Shown piece by piece: positions 7,139 to 15,701 of a DNA stretch of 21,548 bases. Positions within the stretch are counted from its first letter, which is position 1; every line of letters begins with the position of its first letter. The position numbers and the translations under genes are program-made. Source of the stretch: Bacteroidales bacterium. GTDB lineage: Bacteria; Bacteroidota; Bacteroidia; Bacteroidales; UBA12077. The notes under the pieces were generated by a model. It did not search any database. It was not told the origin of the DNA and worked only from the letters and a program-made list of their open reading frames with translations. Where the stretch lies: positions 1-21,548 of the forward strand of contig JANQHR010000155.1 in the NCBI GenBank assembly GCA_028282585.1, read 5' to 3'.

Positions 7139-7921
7139 TTATTCTCCACCATACCAGGCTTTAAAATCGGAAACTTTTTCGCGGCTTACAATAATTTCTT
7201 TTTCGAATTCGTGCGGAAATTTAACTCGTAAACGACTTGTTGAGTACACTACAACATCGGTAATATGATCGAAATTAATAATAAAGGAACGGTTTGCTCT
7301 AAAAAATTTTTGAGGATCCAATTGATTTGTTAATTCTTCTAAAGTACTATCAACAATAAATTTTCTGTTTTCGTTGGTTATAATAAAAACAGTTCGGCCT
7401 TCGGCATAAAAAAAGTAAATATCATTAACCGAAATGGACTTTATGTGCTCTCCTATTTTAACTAAATAGCGATTTTTGTACTTCTGACTTTTTCCTGAAA
7501 TTAACTCTGCTAATTTTTCCAACGTAACATTCGTTTGTGTTATTTCCTCAGACGGCAAATTAGCACGCATGCTTTTAATTTTATCCATTGACTTGGATAA
7601 GCTTTCAAAACTTAGAGGCTTTAATAAATAATCAATGCTGTTTAATTTGAAAGCATCAATAGCATATTCATTAAACGCTGTAGTAAATATGATAGGTTTC
7701 TCAACTTTAACCGATTTAAAAATATCAAAACTTAAACCATCGGTTAACTGAATATCTAAAAATATTAAGTCTATATTTTGCTGATGATTTTTTAGATAAT
7801 TAACGCTTTTTTCTATGGTTGTTAAAATAGATAAAACTTCAACTTGGGGATCATATTTTTTTAACAACAGTTCTAACTTTTCTGCTGCTGGCTTTTCATC
7901 TTCTATAACCAATACTTTCAT
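7139..7921 (-). CDS. LytTR-family two-component response regulator
   Basis: Receiver domain VIEDE...LIFLDIQL...IIFTTAF...YLLKP; LytTR domain with FFRANRSFIIN and VSREK. Confidence 0.96.
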   Translation of the reverse strand: MKVLVIEDEKPAAEKLELLLKKYDPQVEVLSILTTIEKSVNYLKNHQQNIDLIFLDIQLTDGLSFDIFKSVKVEKPIIFTTAFNEYAIDAFKLNSIDYLLKPLSFESLSKSMDKIKSMRANLPSEEITQTNVTLEKLAELISGKSQKYKNRYLVKIGEHIKSISVNDIYFFYAEGRTVFIITNENRKFIVDSTLEELTNQLDPQKFFRANRSFIINFDHITDVVVYSTSRLRVKFPHEFEKEIIVSREKVSDFKAWYGGE

Positions 7922-7925
7922 CTTA

Positions 7926-8960
7926 TTAATCTTCTATTTTTAAAACCGGTACTTTATAAATTCTCACTCCATCTAACTCCGAAATTGAAAAAGCTTTTCC
8001 ATACTGTTTGTACGCTTTCTTCAAATGATCAATTTCAGTATTTTTAGCAAGAACCTGTATTAATTTATTTCTGATGGGATGCGATATTTCAAGAAAGTCA
8101 TTTATAACCTTTGAGTCAATACTCAAAGGTTGAATTTCAGAGACAATGGTTCTGTTAACAATATCTTCGATAATAACCACTAATGTTCCTCCGACAACTT
8201 TCTGAAATGGCTCAGCATCTTTATCATTAATATTAAATTTTAGGTTATTATGTAGTTTATAATTGAATATATTAATTAAAGTATTTACAATCTTAAACTC
8301 ATCTTCAATTTTTACCGGATCGCTATTTTTGGTTGAAAGAACATTCCTGTATACTTCCGATAATTTAAGAATAAATTTGTCTGCTTCGCCAACATCCTTT
8401 TTTGAAAGGCTGATTAAAGTTTCCAAACTATCATAAAGGAATTCAGGATTAATCTTATTCTTATAGGTATGCAATTCTATTTCAACACCCTGACGTAGGA
8501 TAGCTTCCTTATCTAATAAACTTTCATTCGTTCTATTCAGATAAAAAAAACTGAAATAAACCATATTATATAATATACTTGTTATCAGAAAAATGGTATT
8601 AAAAACAGTCAACTCATGTCTAAATGTATTAAATCCCACCAGCTTTGAAAAATAGAAGGAAATAATTAAAGATGTAATTATTACCGTGATTATCAAACTT
8701 CCTCCTCCCTGGATTATAAGTCTTCTCGAAATACTGCAATTAGCAGAACACCTTTTCTCAACTTGTAAAATATACAATCTTATTAATTCAAAAATTAGGT
8801 AAGTAATAACTACGCATAAAGTGGCTTCTATTACTAAAAAATTTTCTGATAAATCCTGAACTCTATCAAAAATTAATAAGATAAGTATATACATGGTAAC
8901 TCCATAAAAAATTGGAGTAAAAATCCTGAAAACTGCGCTGTTTATAATATTCTTAACCAT
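7926..8960 (-). CDS. LytS/YehU-like membrane histidine kinase homologue, probably catalytically inactive
   Basis: About 4 N-terminal TM helices. H-box reads INPEFLYDSLE instead of NPHFLFNSLN; N-box is degenerate (IIEDIVNR) and no GxGL box is recognisable. Confidence 0.8.
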   Translation of the reverse strand: MVKNIINSAVFRIFTPIFYGVTMYILILLIFDRVQDLSENFLVIEATLCVVITYLIFELIRLYILQVEKRCSANCSISRRLIIQGGGSLIITVIITSLIISFYFSKLVGFNTFRHELTVFNTIFLITSILYNMVYFSFFYLNRTNESLLDKEAILRQGVEIELHTYKNKINPEFLYDSLETLISLSKKDVGEADKFILKLSEVYRNVLSTKNSDPVKIEDEFKIVNTLINIFNYKLHNNLKFNINDKDAEPFQKVVGGTLVVIIEDIVNRTIVSEIQPLSIDSKVINDFLEISHPIRNKLIQVLAKNTEIDHLKKAYKQYGKAFSISELDGVRIYKVPVLKIED

Positions 8961-10002
8961 TTTTACCCGGCTTTAAAAGTGGGAGTTCAACTTTAAAATA
9001 ATCATCCTTTATAACGCTGATCTTTTTATCAGTAAAAACCTGATATCTCTGTCGAATATTACTTAATCCTATTTTAAAAGATTCTCTGTGCGATGGAGCT
9101 TTTAATATTCTATTTTTAACATATACTATATCATTCGTTGCAATTATGTCAACTTCCAAAGGTTGATCATCATCAAAAACATTATGTTTGACCGCATTTT
9201 CAACCAATATCTGAATACTAATCGGAGGAATTAAATTTTCCAATAAACTAGTATCAATATCGATATGAGTTTTAAATGCTTTTCCAAAACGAATTTTCAA
9301 TAAAAAACAATAATCCTTAACAAATTCTATTTCTTCTTTTAAAGTTATTAATTGCTTTTTATCTGATGCCAGAATATATTGATACGTTTTTGCCAGCTTA
9401 CGAATATAATCTTCTGTTTGATCCGCATCTTTATAAATTAATGATGATATTGTATTTAAACTATTAAACAGGTAGTGCGGACTAAGTTGTGTTTTTAATG
9501 CTTCAAACTGCAACTGCATTTGCTTACGTGCCAATTTTGCATTTTGTATTTGGCCGTAAGAATAATACTTATAAGAATAAATTAAAAAGTCGAATACAAC
9601 ATATAAAATATCTAAAATCAAAATGAGAATATACGCTCTTATCTTAATTTCATTATATTCCTCAAGTAATGCTTTAAAAGTATAATTCAGTTGGTTTAAC
9701 CTTAAGTAGACCCAAATGAATAGTGCAACCAAAATAAAAATAGAGACATAATTTATAATAATTCCGAAAACAAACCTAAATCCGATCTTTTTTCTCCAGA
9801 ATGGAATTTTATTCAAAAGAGAATTAATTAAAATTAAAGTTAACCCGATAGTATTTGCTCCTATTACAAGGAAAGTAATTAAAACCCAATCTTTAGAAAA
9901 TACAGGAAACTCCCCGAGCTCACTATAATATAAGTATGAATATAGAACCAATCCCAGGATTGTATTTATAAAAAAAGCGGATATGATTTTTCGGATTTGC
10001 AT
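8953..10002 (-). CDS. LytS/YehU-like membrane sensor histidine kinase
   Basis: About 4 TM helices; ALKTQLSPHYLFNSLN H-box, IPPISIQILVENAVKHN N-box, KIGLSNIRQRY G-box variant; overlaps the next gene by 8 nt. Confidence 0.93.
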   Translation of the reverse strand: MQIRKIISAFFINTILGLVLYSYLYYSELGEFPVFSKDWVLITFLVIGANTIGLTLILINSLLNKIPFWRKKIGFRFVFGIIINYVSIFILVALFIWVYLRLNQLNYTFKALLEEYNEIKIRAYILILILDILYVVFDFLIYSYKYYSYGQIQNAKLARKQMQLQFEALKTQLSPHYLFNSLNTISSLIYKDADQTEDYIRKLAKTYQYILASDKKQLITLKEEIEFVKDYCFLLKIRFGKAFKTHIDIDTSLLENLIPPISIQILVENAVKHNVFDDDQPLEVDIIATNDIVYVKNRILKAPSHRESFKIGLSNIRQRYQVFTDKKISVIKDDYFKVELPLLKPGKNG

Positions 10003-10012
10003 ATTTTTAACT

Positions 10013-10063
10013 AAAAAACCTTGAGATTTCTAATTTAAGCAAATTTAAACTGAAATCTCAAGG
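10013..10063 (-). terminator. Intrinsic terminator/attenuator after the 576-aa gene
   Basis: Arms CCTTGAGATTTC (10019-10030) and GAAATCTCAAGG (10052-10063), followed on the minus strand by T6. Confidence 0.7.
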
Positions 10064-10114
10064 CACAACAAAAAACAATTATTAGATCTTTAAAAAAACT
10101 AACTACAAAATGTT

Positions 10115-11845
10115 CTAATTAATTGCTCTTTCGTACTCGTAATCTGACTTTATTTCGTCTGCAATACTTTTAAAGATATAAGTTATTTCATCATCACCGG
10201 ATGGCATAACTTTTTTGATGTTCTTTAATGAAGTTGCTTTTTCAATATCAACATCAATATCTTCTACAGTCTTTAGTAAATAAACAGTCGTTCTTTTATC
10301 TAGTTTACCTCTTTCACAGAACAATCTTATAATTTCTTCTTTTGCTGAGTTATGGTCAATTTCGTCTAATGCATCAAAGAAATATCTTAAAACATCCGGA
10401 TCCTCTGGTAAATCGGAAATAACTTCTCTGAGAATTGCTGATGCGGCATGTTTGTAATCATCATTTGCTAAATCTTCTGCAGCATCTAATAAATAGATTA
10501 AACCTTTATTATCCAGTTTATGTACACGAATTAAATCTAATAACACATTATATATCTCCATTTCATTATCCATGCTCTTGATAACATCAAAATACGCTTC
10601 TAAAATTTCCTCATCATTTTGCATTGAACCATGTAAACTTCTTAACATAGGAGTTTTTCTTGTGTTAGCATTATAACTTCTTCCAATATCCAACATGTTC
10701 AATATTGCTGATTTATTTAAATCAGTATCGGTAATTACTTTTCCTTTTGCAACCCATTCAAGGATTTCTTCCTCTAATAAATGGTAACTACTGGATAAAT
10801 CTTTTACTTCCATAACCAATTGAGCAGTTAAATCCTCATCTCCAACTACATGTGGAACTAATAATCTAAATAAAGCAGCTCTCTCGCTATTTGAACTAAA
10901 ATCATCTACCGCTTCTATAAAATCAGAAAGAATTCTTTTATCCATCTTTTGAGATGCTAACAATGGTTTTAATACGTTTCCTTTTTCAGAATTTATTGAC
11001 ATACCTTCTATTACATCAAAAAACTCGCGTGAATTTTCTTTGTTAACCGGATATTTTTTAATAAATGCTCTGAGTGTATTTCCTCTCTCTGTATTGTAAC
11101 TTAAAGTTTCTACTGCATCCAGAAATTTTTCCATTGAATAGGAATCTAATTCATGCTTGTTAAGAATTTCTCTTAACAGTGTTCCTTTAGTACTATTTGA
11201 AGAAATATCAGGCATAGCCTTAAGTACTTTAACTAACTCTTCTTTATTTAAATTAATATCATTAACCAATGTTTTATAATAAAGATATTTGGTATTAAAT
11301 CCGCTATACTCAACAGATTCAAAATAAAACAAAGCATGATTTGTTGATTTGTAATAAGAATATCCACTATTCCTTTCAAACTCATCAATTTCGTCTAGTA
11401 CTGCATTTACTCCGCCTTTATTATAAATTCTAAGAATTCGATCTTTGCCACCAATGCCAGTTTTATGAATTACATCAATAAGAATTTCCTCTAACCATTT
11501 TTGACCTTCAGGTTGAAATGTAATTTCATTTCTTCCATCAAAATACTTTTTAGTAAGATTTCCTTGCTTATCGCTTTCAATTTCAATCTTACGAGTGTTG
11601 CCAAATGAGGATTTAGTAATTTTTAGATATCCATCAGGTTCTATAGCAGTAATGTTTTTATCATCATCGGAAACTGTTATTTTTCCTTTGTATTCTATTT
11701 CGTATGCAGAAAATGAATCTTTTGATTTATAAAAATGTTCCCTGCTATCACCCTCTTTATTTTTAGCTGCATCTTTAGCAGTTGCTTCTGCAAAATGCGG
11801 AACTAAAAAAATAAAACTTAATAAAAAAATTAATCGTGCTTTCAT
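10115..11845 (-). CDS. Secreted/periplasmic protein with an N-terminal beta-rich domain and about 11 helical (HEAT-like) repeats; function unknown
   Basis: Signal peptide MKARLIFLLSFIFLVPHFAEA; recurring ~35-aa units (ISSNSTKGTLL, LSYNTERGNTL, MSINSEKGNVL, FSSNSERAALF, IDHNSAKEEII, IKSDYEYE). Confidence 0.75.
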   Translation of the reverse strand: MKARLIFLLSFIFLVPHFAEATAKDAAKNKEGDSREHFYKSKDSFSAYEIEYKGKITVSDDDKNITAIEPDGYLKITKSSFGNTRKIEIESDKQGNLTKKYFDGRNEITFQPEGQKWLEEILIDVIHKTGIGGKDRILRIYNKGGVNAVLDEIDEFERNSGYSYYKSTNHALFYFESVEYSGFNTKYLYYKTLVNDINLNKEELVKVLKAMPDISSNSTKGTLLREILNKHELDSYSMEKFLDAVETLSYNTERGNTLRAFIKKYPVNKENSREFFDVIEGMSINSEKGNVLKPLLASQKMDKRILSDFIEAVDDFSSNSERAALFRLLVPHVVGDEDLTAQLVMEVKDLSSSYHLLEEEILEWVAKGKVITDTDLNKSAILNMLDIGRSYNANTRKTPMLRSLHGSMQNDEEILEAYFDVIKSMDNEMEIYNVLLDLIRVHKLDNKGLIYLLDAAEDLANDDYKHAASAILREVISDLPEDPDVLRYFFDALDEIDHNSAKEEIIRLFCERGKLDKRTTVYLLKTVEDIDVDIEKATSLKNIKKVMPSGDDEITYIFKSIADEIKSDYEYERAIN

Positions 11846-11929
11846 AGTTATTTAAATTATTTGAATGTTTCGGTTTATTTTCATGTTACAATTATCCGAA
11901 GAAAGCATTGCAATTAAAAACCAAATGAA

Positions 11930-11960
11930 ATGAATTGTAATTAAATTGTAATGAATTGTA
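11930..11960 (-). promoter_or_regulatory. Candidate LytTR-regulator binding site
   Basis: Minus strand ACAATTCAT-N12-ACAATTCAT (21-bp period; plus-strand ATGAATTGTA at 11930 and 11951) with a partial third copy between them, about 85 bp upstream of the first gene of the LytTR cluster. Confidence 0.7.
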
Positions 11961-11973
11961 AAATTCTAATAAT

Positions 11974-12004
11974 AAAAAAAGAGTGTAGAACATAATCTAC
12001 ACTC
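11974..12004 (-). terminator. Intrinsic terminator of the TlpA gene
   Basis: GAGTGTAGA (11981-11989) / TCTACACTC (11996-12004) stem followed by T7 on the minus strand. Confidence 0.75.
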
Positions 12005-12028
12005 CTTATCTATAATACCTTGTTTTAG

Positions 12029-13129
12029 TTAATCCAATAATTCTGCTAATTTTTCTCCCAGTTTTTCTCCTTTCAAGTTTTTAGCAATAATTGTTCCATC
12101 TTTATCAATTAATATACTATGAGGAATAGAATTAAAATGGTACAAATCTCTAACAGAGCTTTCCCAATAGTTTAGTTCTGAAACCTGAGGCCAAGTGATG
12201 CCATCTTCATTAATTGCTTCTAACCATTTTTCTTTTGTTTTATCAAGAGAGACCCCAAATATTTCAAATCCCTTATCTTTATATTTTTCATAGTTAGCAA
12301 CTAAATATGGATTTTCTTGGCGGCATGGAGGGCACCATCCAGCCCAAAAATCCAACAATACTAACTTACCTTTTGCAACTGTTGAAAAAGTTATTGGGTT
12401 GCCATTAACATCATTCATTGTAAAATCGATATACTTTTCACCAACTGCAACAGTTTTCAATTTTTCAATTCTTTCATTAATTATATCTAAATGTTTTGAG
12501 TTTGTAATTTCAGGGCCAAATCCATTTACAATTTCTAATAATTCCTCAAGATCCTTATATCGTGCGCCATTATAATTTAAAGCAATATAAGGTGCAATTA
12601 AGGAGGTATTATGTTCATTTTGAAATAGGTTAATAAATTCTCCCCTCTCTTTTTCAACTTCTCCATATTCCTTTTCAATTTCCATTAACCTTAAAGTATC
12701 ATCGGAACCCACTAAGCTATAATATTCATTATATAGTTCATTCATTCTCAGTTCATATCCCGATAGTTTCACTATAAATTCATCCAGTAAATCAGTTAGG
12801 TTTGAACCAATAACCTCTGCTTCTTCAACATTATCAATACTTGCATTAATGGTTATGTTTACATTGTCCAAAAATAATTCTATTTCATCTAGCGTATCAT
12901 TTAACACAACTAAGTAATAATCCGGTTGTTCAACTGAACCCTTAAATGAAAAAGATCCGTTAACCACAGCTACCGAATCAACCGTAACTAAGTCTTTTTC
13001 GACAACCTTACTTAACACCGCGGAGCCAGATTCTAATCCGCTAATGTTTCCTTCGATCTTATATTGTGGTTGCATGGTACATGAAAACATGAACGCAACT
13101 GCGATAAGACTATAAAAAAGTTTTTTCAT
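12029..13129 (-). CDS. TlpA/ResA-like thiol-disulfide oxidoreductase lipoprotein (DUF4369-like N-terminus plus redoxin domain)
   Basis: Lipobox FMFSC; LLDFWAGWCPPCRQENP; cis-Pro motif SIPHSILIDKDG. Confidence 0.92.
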   Translation of the reverse strand: MKKLFYSLIAVAFMFSCTMQPQYKIEGNISGLESGSAVLSKVVEKDLVTVDSVAVVNGSFSFKGSVEQPDYYLVVLNDTLDEIELFLDNVNITINASIDNVEEAEVIGSNLTDLLDEFIVKLSGYELRMNELYNEYYSLVGSDDTLRLMEIEKEYGEVEKERGEFINLFQNEHNTSLIAPYIALNYNGARYKDLEELLEIVNGFGPEITNSKHLDIINERIEKLKTVAVGEKYIDFTMNDVNGNPITFSTVAKGKLVLLDFWAGWCPPCRQENPYLVANYEKYKDKGFEIFGVSLDKTKEKWLEAINEDGITWPQVSELNYWESSVRDLYHFNSIPHSILIDKDGTIIAKNLKGEKLGEKLAELLD

Positions 13130-13216
13130 GATAAAAAAATTTGGTTTTTATATTTTGGCAATAAACATACGAAAAATTCTAGATAATTAGAACTTCAGAT
13201 ATTTAAATATTTCTTA

Positions 13217-14323
13217 TTATTTGTTAAAATAATCATCTATTATCATTCTGGAAGCCAAAAATGAATTCATCTTACCATTCAGAACGTTTTCTTCGAACAA
13301 TTGAAGTTTCTTTTTTATACCTTCCTCGTTATAAAAATTAGTTTTTAGCGCTTCATTGATAGATTCGTACATCCAGTACCTGGCTTGCTCTTTTCTTTTT
13401 TTATCAAAATAATTTGAATCCTTTGCCTGATTAATGAAATCTTCGATAGTTTCCCAGATTTTATTAATTCCAATCCTTTTAAATGATGAACAGGTTAACA
13501 CCTTAGGAATCCATCCTGATTCCGTTGGTGGGAATAAATGAAGTGCATTTTGATATTCCACTTTGGCCATCTCGGCCCTTTGAACATTCTCTCCGTCAGC
13601 TTTGGTAATAGTAATTGCATCTGCCATTTCCATAATCCCCCGTTTAATTCCCTGCAATTCATCACCAGCTCCTGCCAGCATAAGAAGTAAAAAGAAATCT
13701 ACCATTGAATGCACTGCTGTTTCAGACTGCCCAACTCCTACAGTTTCAATAAAAATAACATTAAAACCCGCAGCTTCGCATAAAATAATGGTTTCCCTGG
13801 TTTTTCTGGCAACACCACCTAATGATCCGGCAGAGGGAGAAGGACGAATAAATGCATTTGGATCATTAGCCAGTTCTTCCATTCTGGTTTTGTCGCCTAA
13901 TATACTTCCTTTCGATTTTTCACTACTTGGATCAACGGCAAGCACTGCCAGTTTACCACTTTGTTTGGTAATGAACCTTCCCATTGACTCAATAAAAGTA
14001 CTCTTACCAACACCAGGCACTCCCGTAATACCAATTCTGACCGATTTTCCGGAGTGAGGTAAACATTTTTCAATAATTTCCTGAGCTAAATTGATGTGTT
14101 CCTGAAGAGAGCTTTCAATTAATGTAATAGCTTGACCTAAAATAGTCCTGTTTCCTTCTAAAATTCCTTTAACATATTCCTCGACGGAAAGCTGAACCTT
14201 CTTTTTTAATCTAAACTTCCTTATAACTTCCGGGTTAATTGATTCTGGCTGATCAACTCCTTTTTGAACATTTAAAGCAGACTCAAAATCCTTATCCTTA
14301 TTTTGATTACCTTTCTTAGACAT
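13217..14323 (-). CDS. meaB: Methylmalonyl-CoA mutase-associated GTPase MeaB (ArgK family)
   Basis: GITGVPGVGKST P-loop, AVDPSS, GSILGDKTRM, IETVGVGQSE, GAGDELQGIKRGIME. Confidence 0.96.
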   Translation of the reverse strand: MSKKGNQNKDKDFESALNVQKGVDQPESINPEVIRKFRLKKKVQLSVEEYVKGILEGNRTILGQAITLIESSLQEHINLAQEIIEKCLPHSGKSVRIGITGVPGVGKSTFIESMGRFITKQSGKLAVLAVDPSSEKSKGSILGDKTRMEELANDPNAFIRPSPSAGSLGGVARKTRETIILCEAAGFNVIFIETVGVGQSETAVHSMVDFFLLLMLAGAGDELQGIKRGIMEMADAITITKADGENVQRAEMAKVEYQNALHLFPPTESGWIPKVLTCSSFKRIGINKIWETIEDFINQAKDSNYFDKKRKEQARYWMYESINEALKTNFYNEEGIKKKLQLFEENVLNGKMNSFLASRMIIDDYFNK

Positions 14324-14393
14324 ATAACGTATTTTATACGAAATTAGAACATCTATAAATACAAACTATAAAATATTAAAAGAATTTATAAAC

Positions 14394-14422
14394 AAAAAAG
14401 AGTAGCTTTTACAAGCCACTCT
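14394..14422 (-). terminator. Intrinsic terminator after the DUF1573 gene
   Basis: AGAGTAGCTT / AAGCCACTCT near-perfect stem with a T-run on the minus strand. Confidence 0.6.
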
Positions 14423-14448
14423 GGTATATTAACTATTTTATATAGTTT

Positions 14449-15543
14449 TTAATTCTGTTCTTCTGTAATGATCTCACCTTTTATTGTAAGTCGAACATTT
14501 GAATTTTTGGGATCATTACTAATCACATAAATAGACTTCGTTTGCCTGCCTTTTCTTGAGCCCGGGCTAAATATCGCTTTAAAAGAACTAGCTTCACCCG
14601 GTTTAATAACCTTTTTTTCCGGAGCAACAGTAGTACAACCGCACGTTGATCTTATTTTACGGATTATTAAATCGCTTTTCCCTTTGTTCGTAAATTTAAA
14701 TTCGTGTTCAATTTTATCTTTCTGTGCAGATTTACCAAAATTATAACTTTCATCTTCAAAAGAAATAACAGGAGCATTTTCTAACTCGTTCTGTGTAAGT
14801 TTAGAGAAGTCTTCCTCTATCCTGGCACTGATGGTAATAGTTTGTCTGCTTCCTGATTTGCCATTAATTAAAATCGGTATCCTGTTAGAAACAAATCCCC
14901 AATCGTTGGCTTTTTTTGCATCATATACTCCTAAAATATATCCTTTCTCTCCAGGTTTTAGCACTTCAGGAACAACCGTTAAATTAAGGTGCTTCGGCAT
15001 ATTGACGAAGGTAACTTTCATTTCCGAATCTGAACCATTATATATTTTTAAAGTATCCTTTTTAACCTGGTTACTATAAACTTTTACAAAAGCAAAATGG
15101 TTTGTTTCCAATCTTAAATCGCCCAGTGTTTTTGGATAATAATCTACAACTGTTTTTTTACGAGGTGCTACGTCACCAGTTATTCGTAAAATATTTCTAC
15201 CTTTTTGTGTATTTGTTTCTACAACAATGCTTTTGTTAAAACTACCAGGTCGATTTCTTGGGTCGAATACAGCAATTACAAATCCTGTTTGACCAGGCAT
15301 TATTGGCTTTTCTGTCCATGTTGGTGAAGTACATCCACAAGAAGCTTTTACTTTGTTAATAATTAACGGTGCTCCTCCGGTATTTGTGAACATAAACTTA
15401 TACTCCACTTTTCCATCACTTTCTTGTATTTTTCCAAAATCATGTACTTCTTTTTCAAATGATATAAAAGCTTCTTTTTGTTGAGCTTGTAAACAACCAT
15501 AAAATGCAACAACAGTAATAAAACTTAAAATCAATTTTTTCAT
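14449..15543 (-). CDS. Secreted DUF1573 domain protein (Ig-like domains with CGC motifs)
   Basis: Signal peptide; FTNTGGAPLIINKVKASCGCT and FTNKGKSDLIIRKIRSTCGCT; I recall this gene sitting next to meaB in Bacteroidota. Confidence 0.88.
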   Translation of the reverse strand: MKKLILSFITVVAFYGCLQAQQKEAFISFEKEVHDFGKIQESDGKVEYKFMFTNTGGAPLIINKVKASCGCTSPTWTEKPIMPGQTGFVIAVFDPRNRPGSFNKSIVVETNTQKGRNILRITGDVAPRKKTVVDYYPKTLGDLRLETNHFAFVKVYSNQVKKDTLKIYNGSDSEMKVTFVNMPKHLNLTVVPEVLKPGEKGYILGVYDAKKANDWGFVSNRIPILINGKSGSRQTITISARIEEDFSKLTQNELENAPVISFEDESYNFGKSAQKDKIEHEFKFTNKGKSDLIIRKIRSTCGCTTVAPEKKVIKPGEASSFKAIFSPGSRKGRQTKSIYVISNDPKNSNVRLTIKGEIITEEQN

Positions 15544-15701
15544 AACTTATATTTTATTTAATTATATCTTGTATTTGATTACCCCAAACAAAAATAGTAA
15601 TTCAAAACATTTAGTGATAATCGTTAACAAACTTTAACTTTTCAATTTATTATACTAATTTCAACCCAAATTATAGCTTTAATAACAATAAGCTTTACGT
15701 C

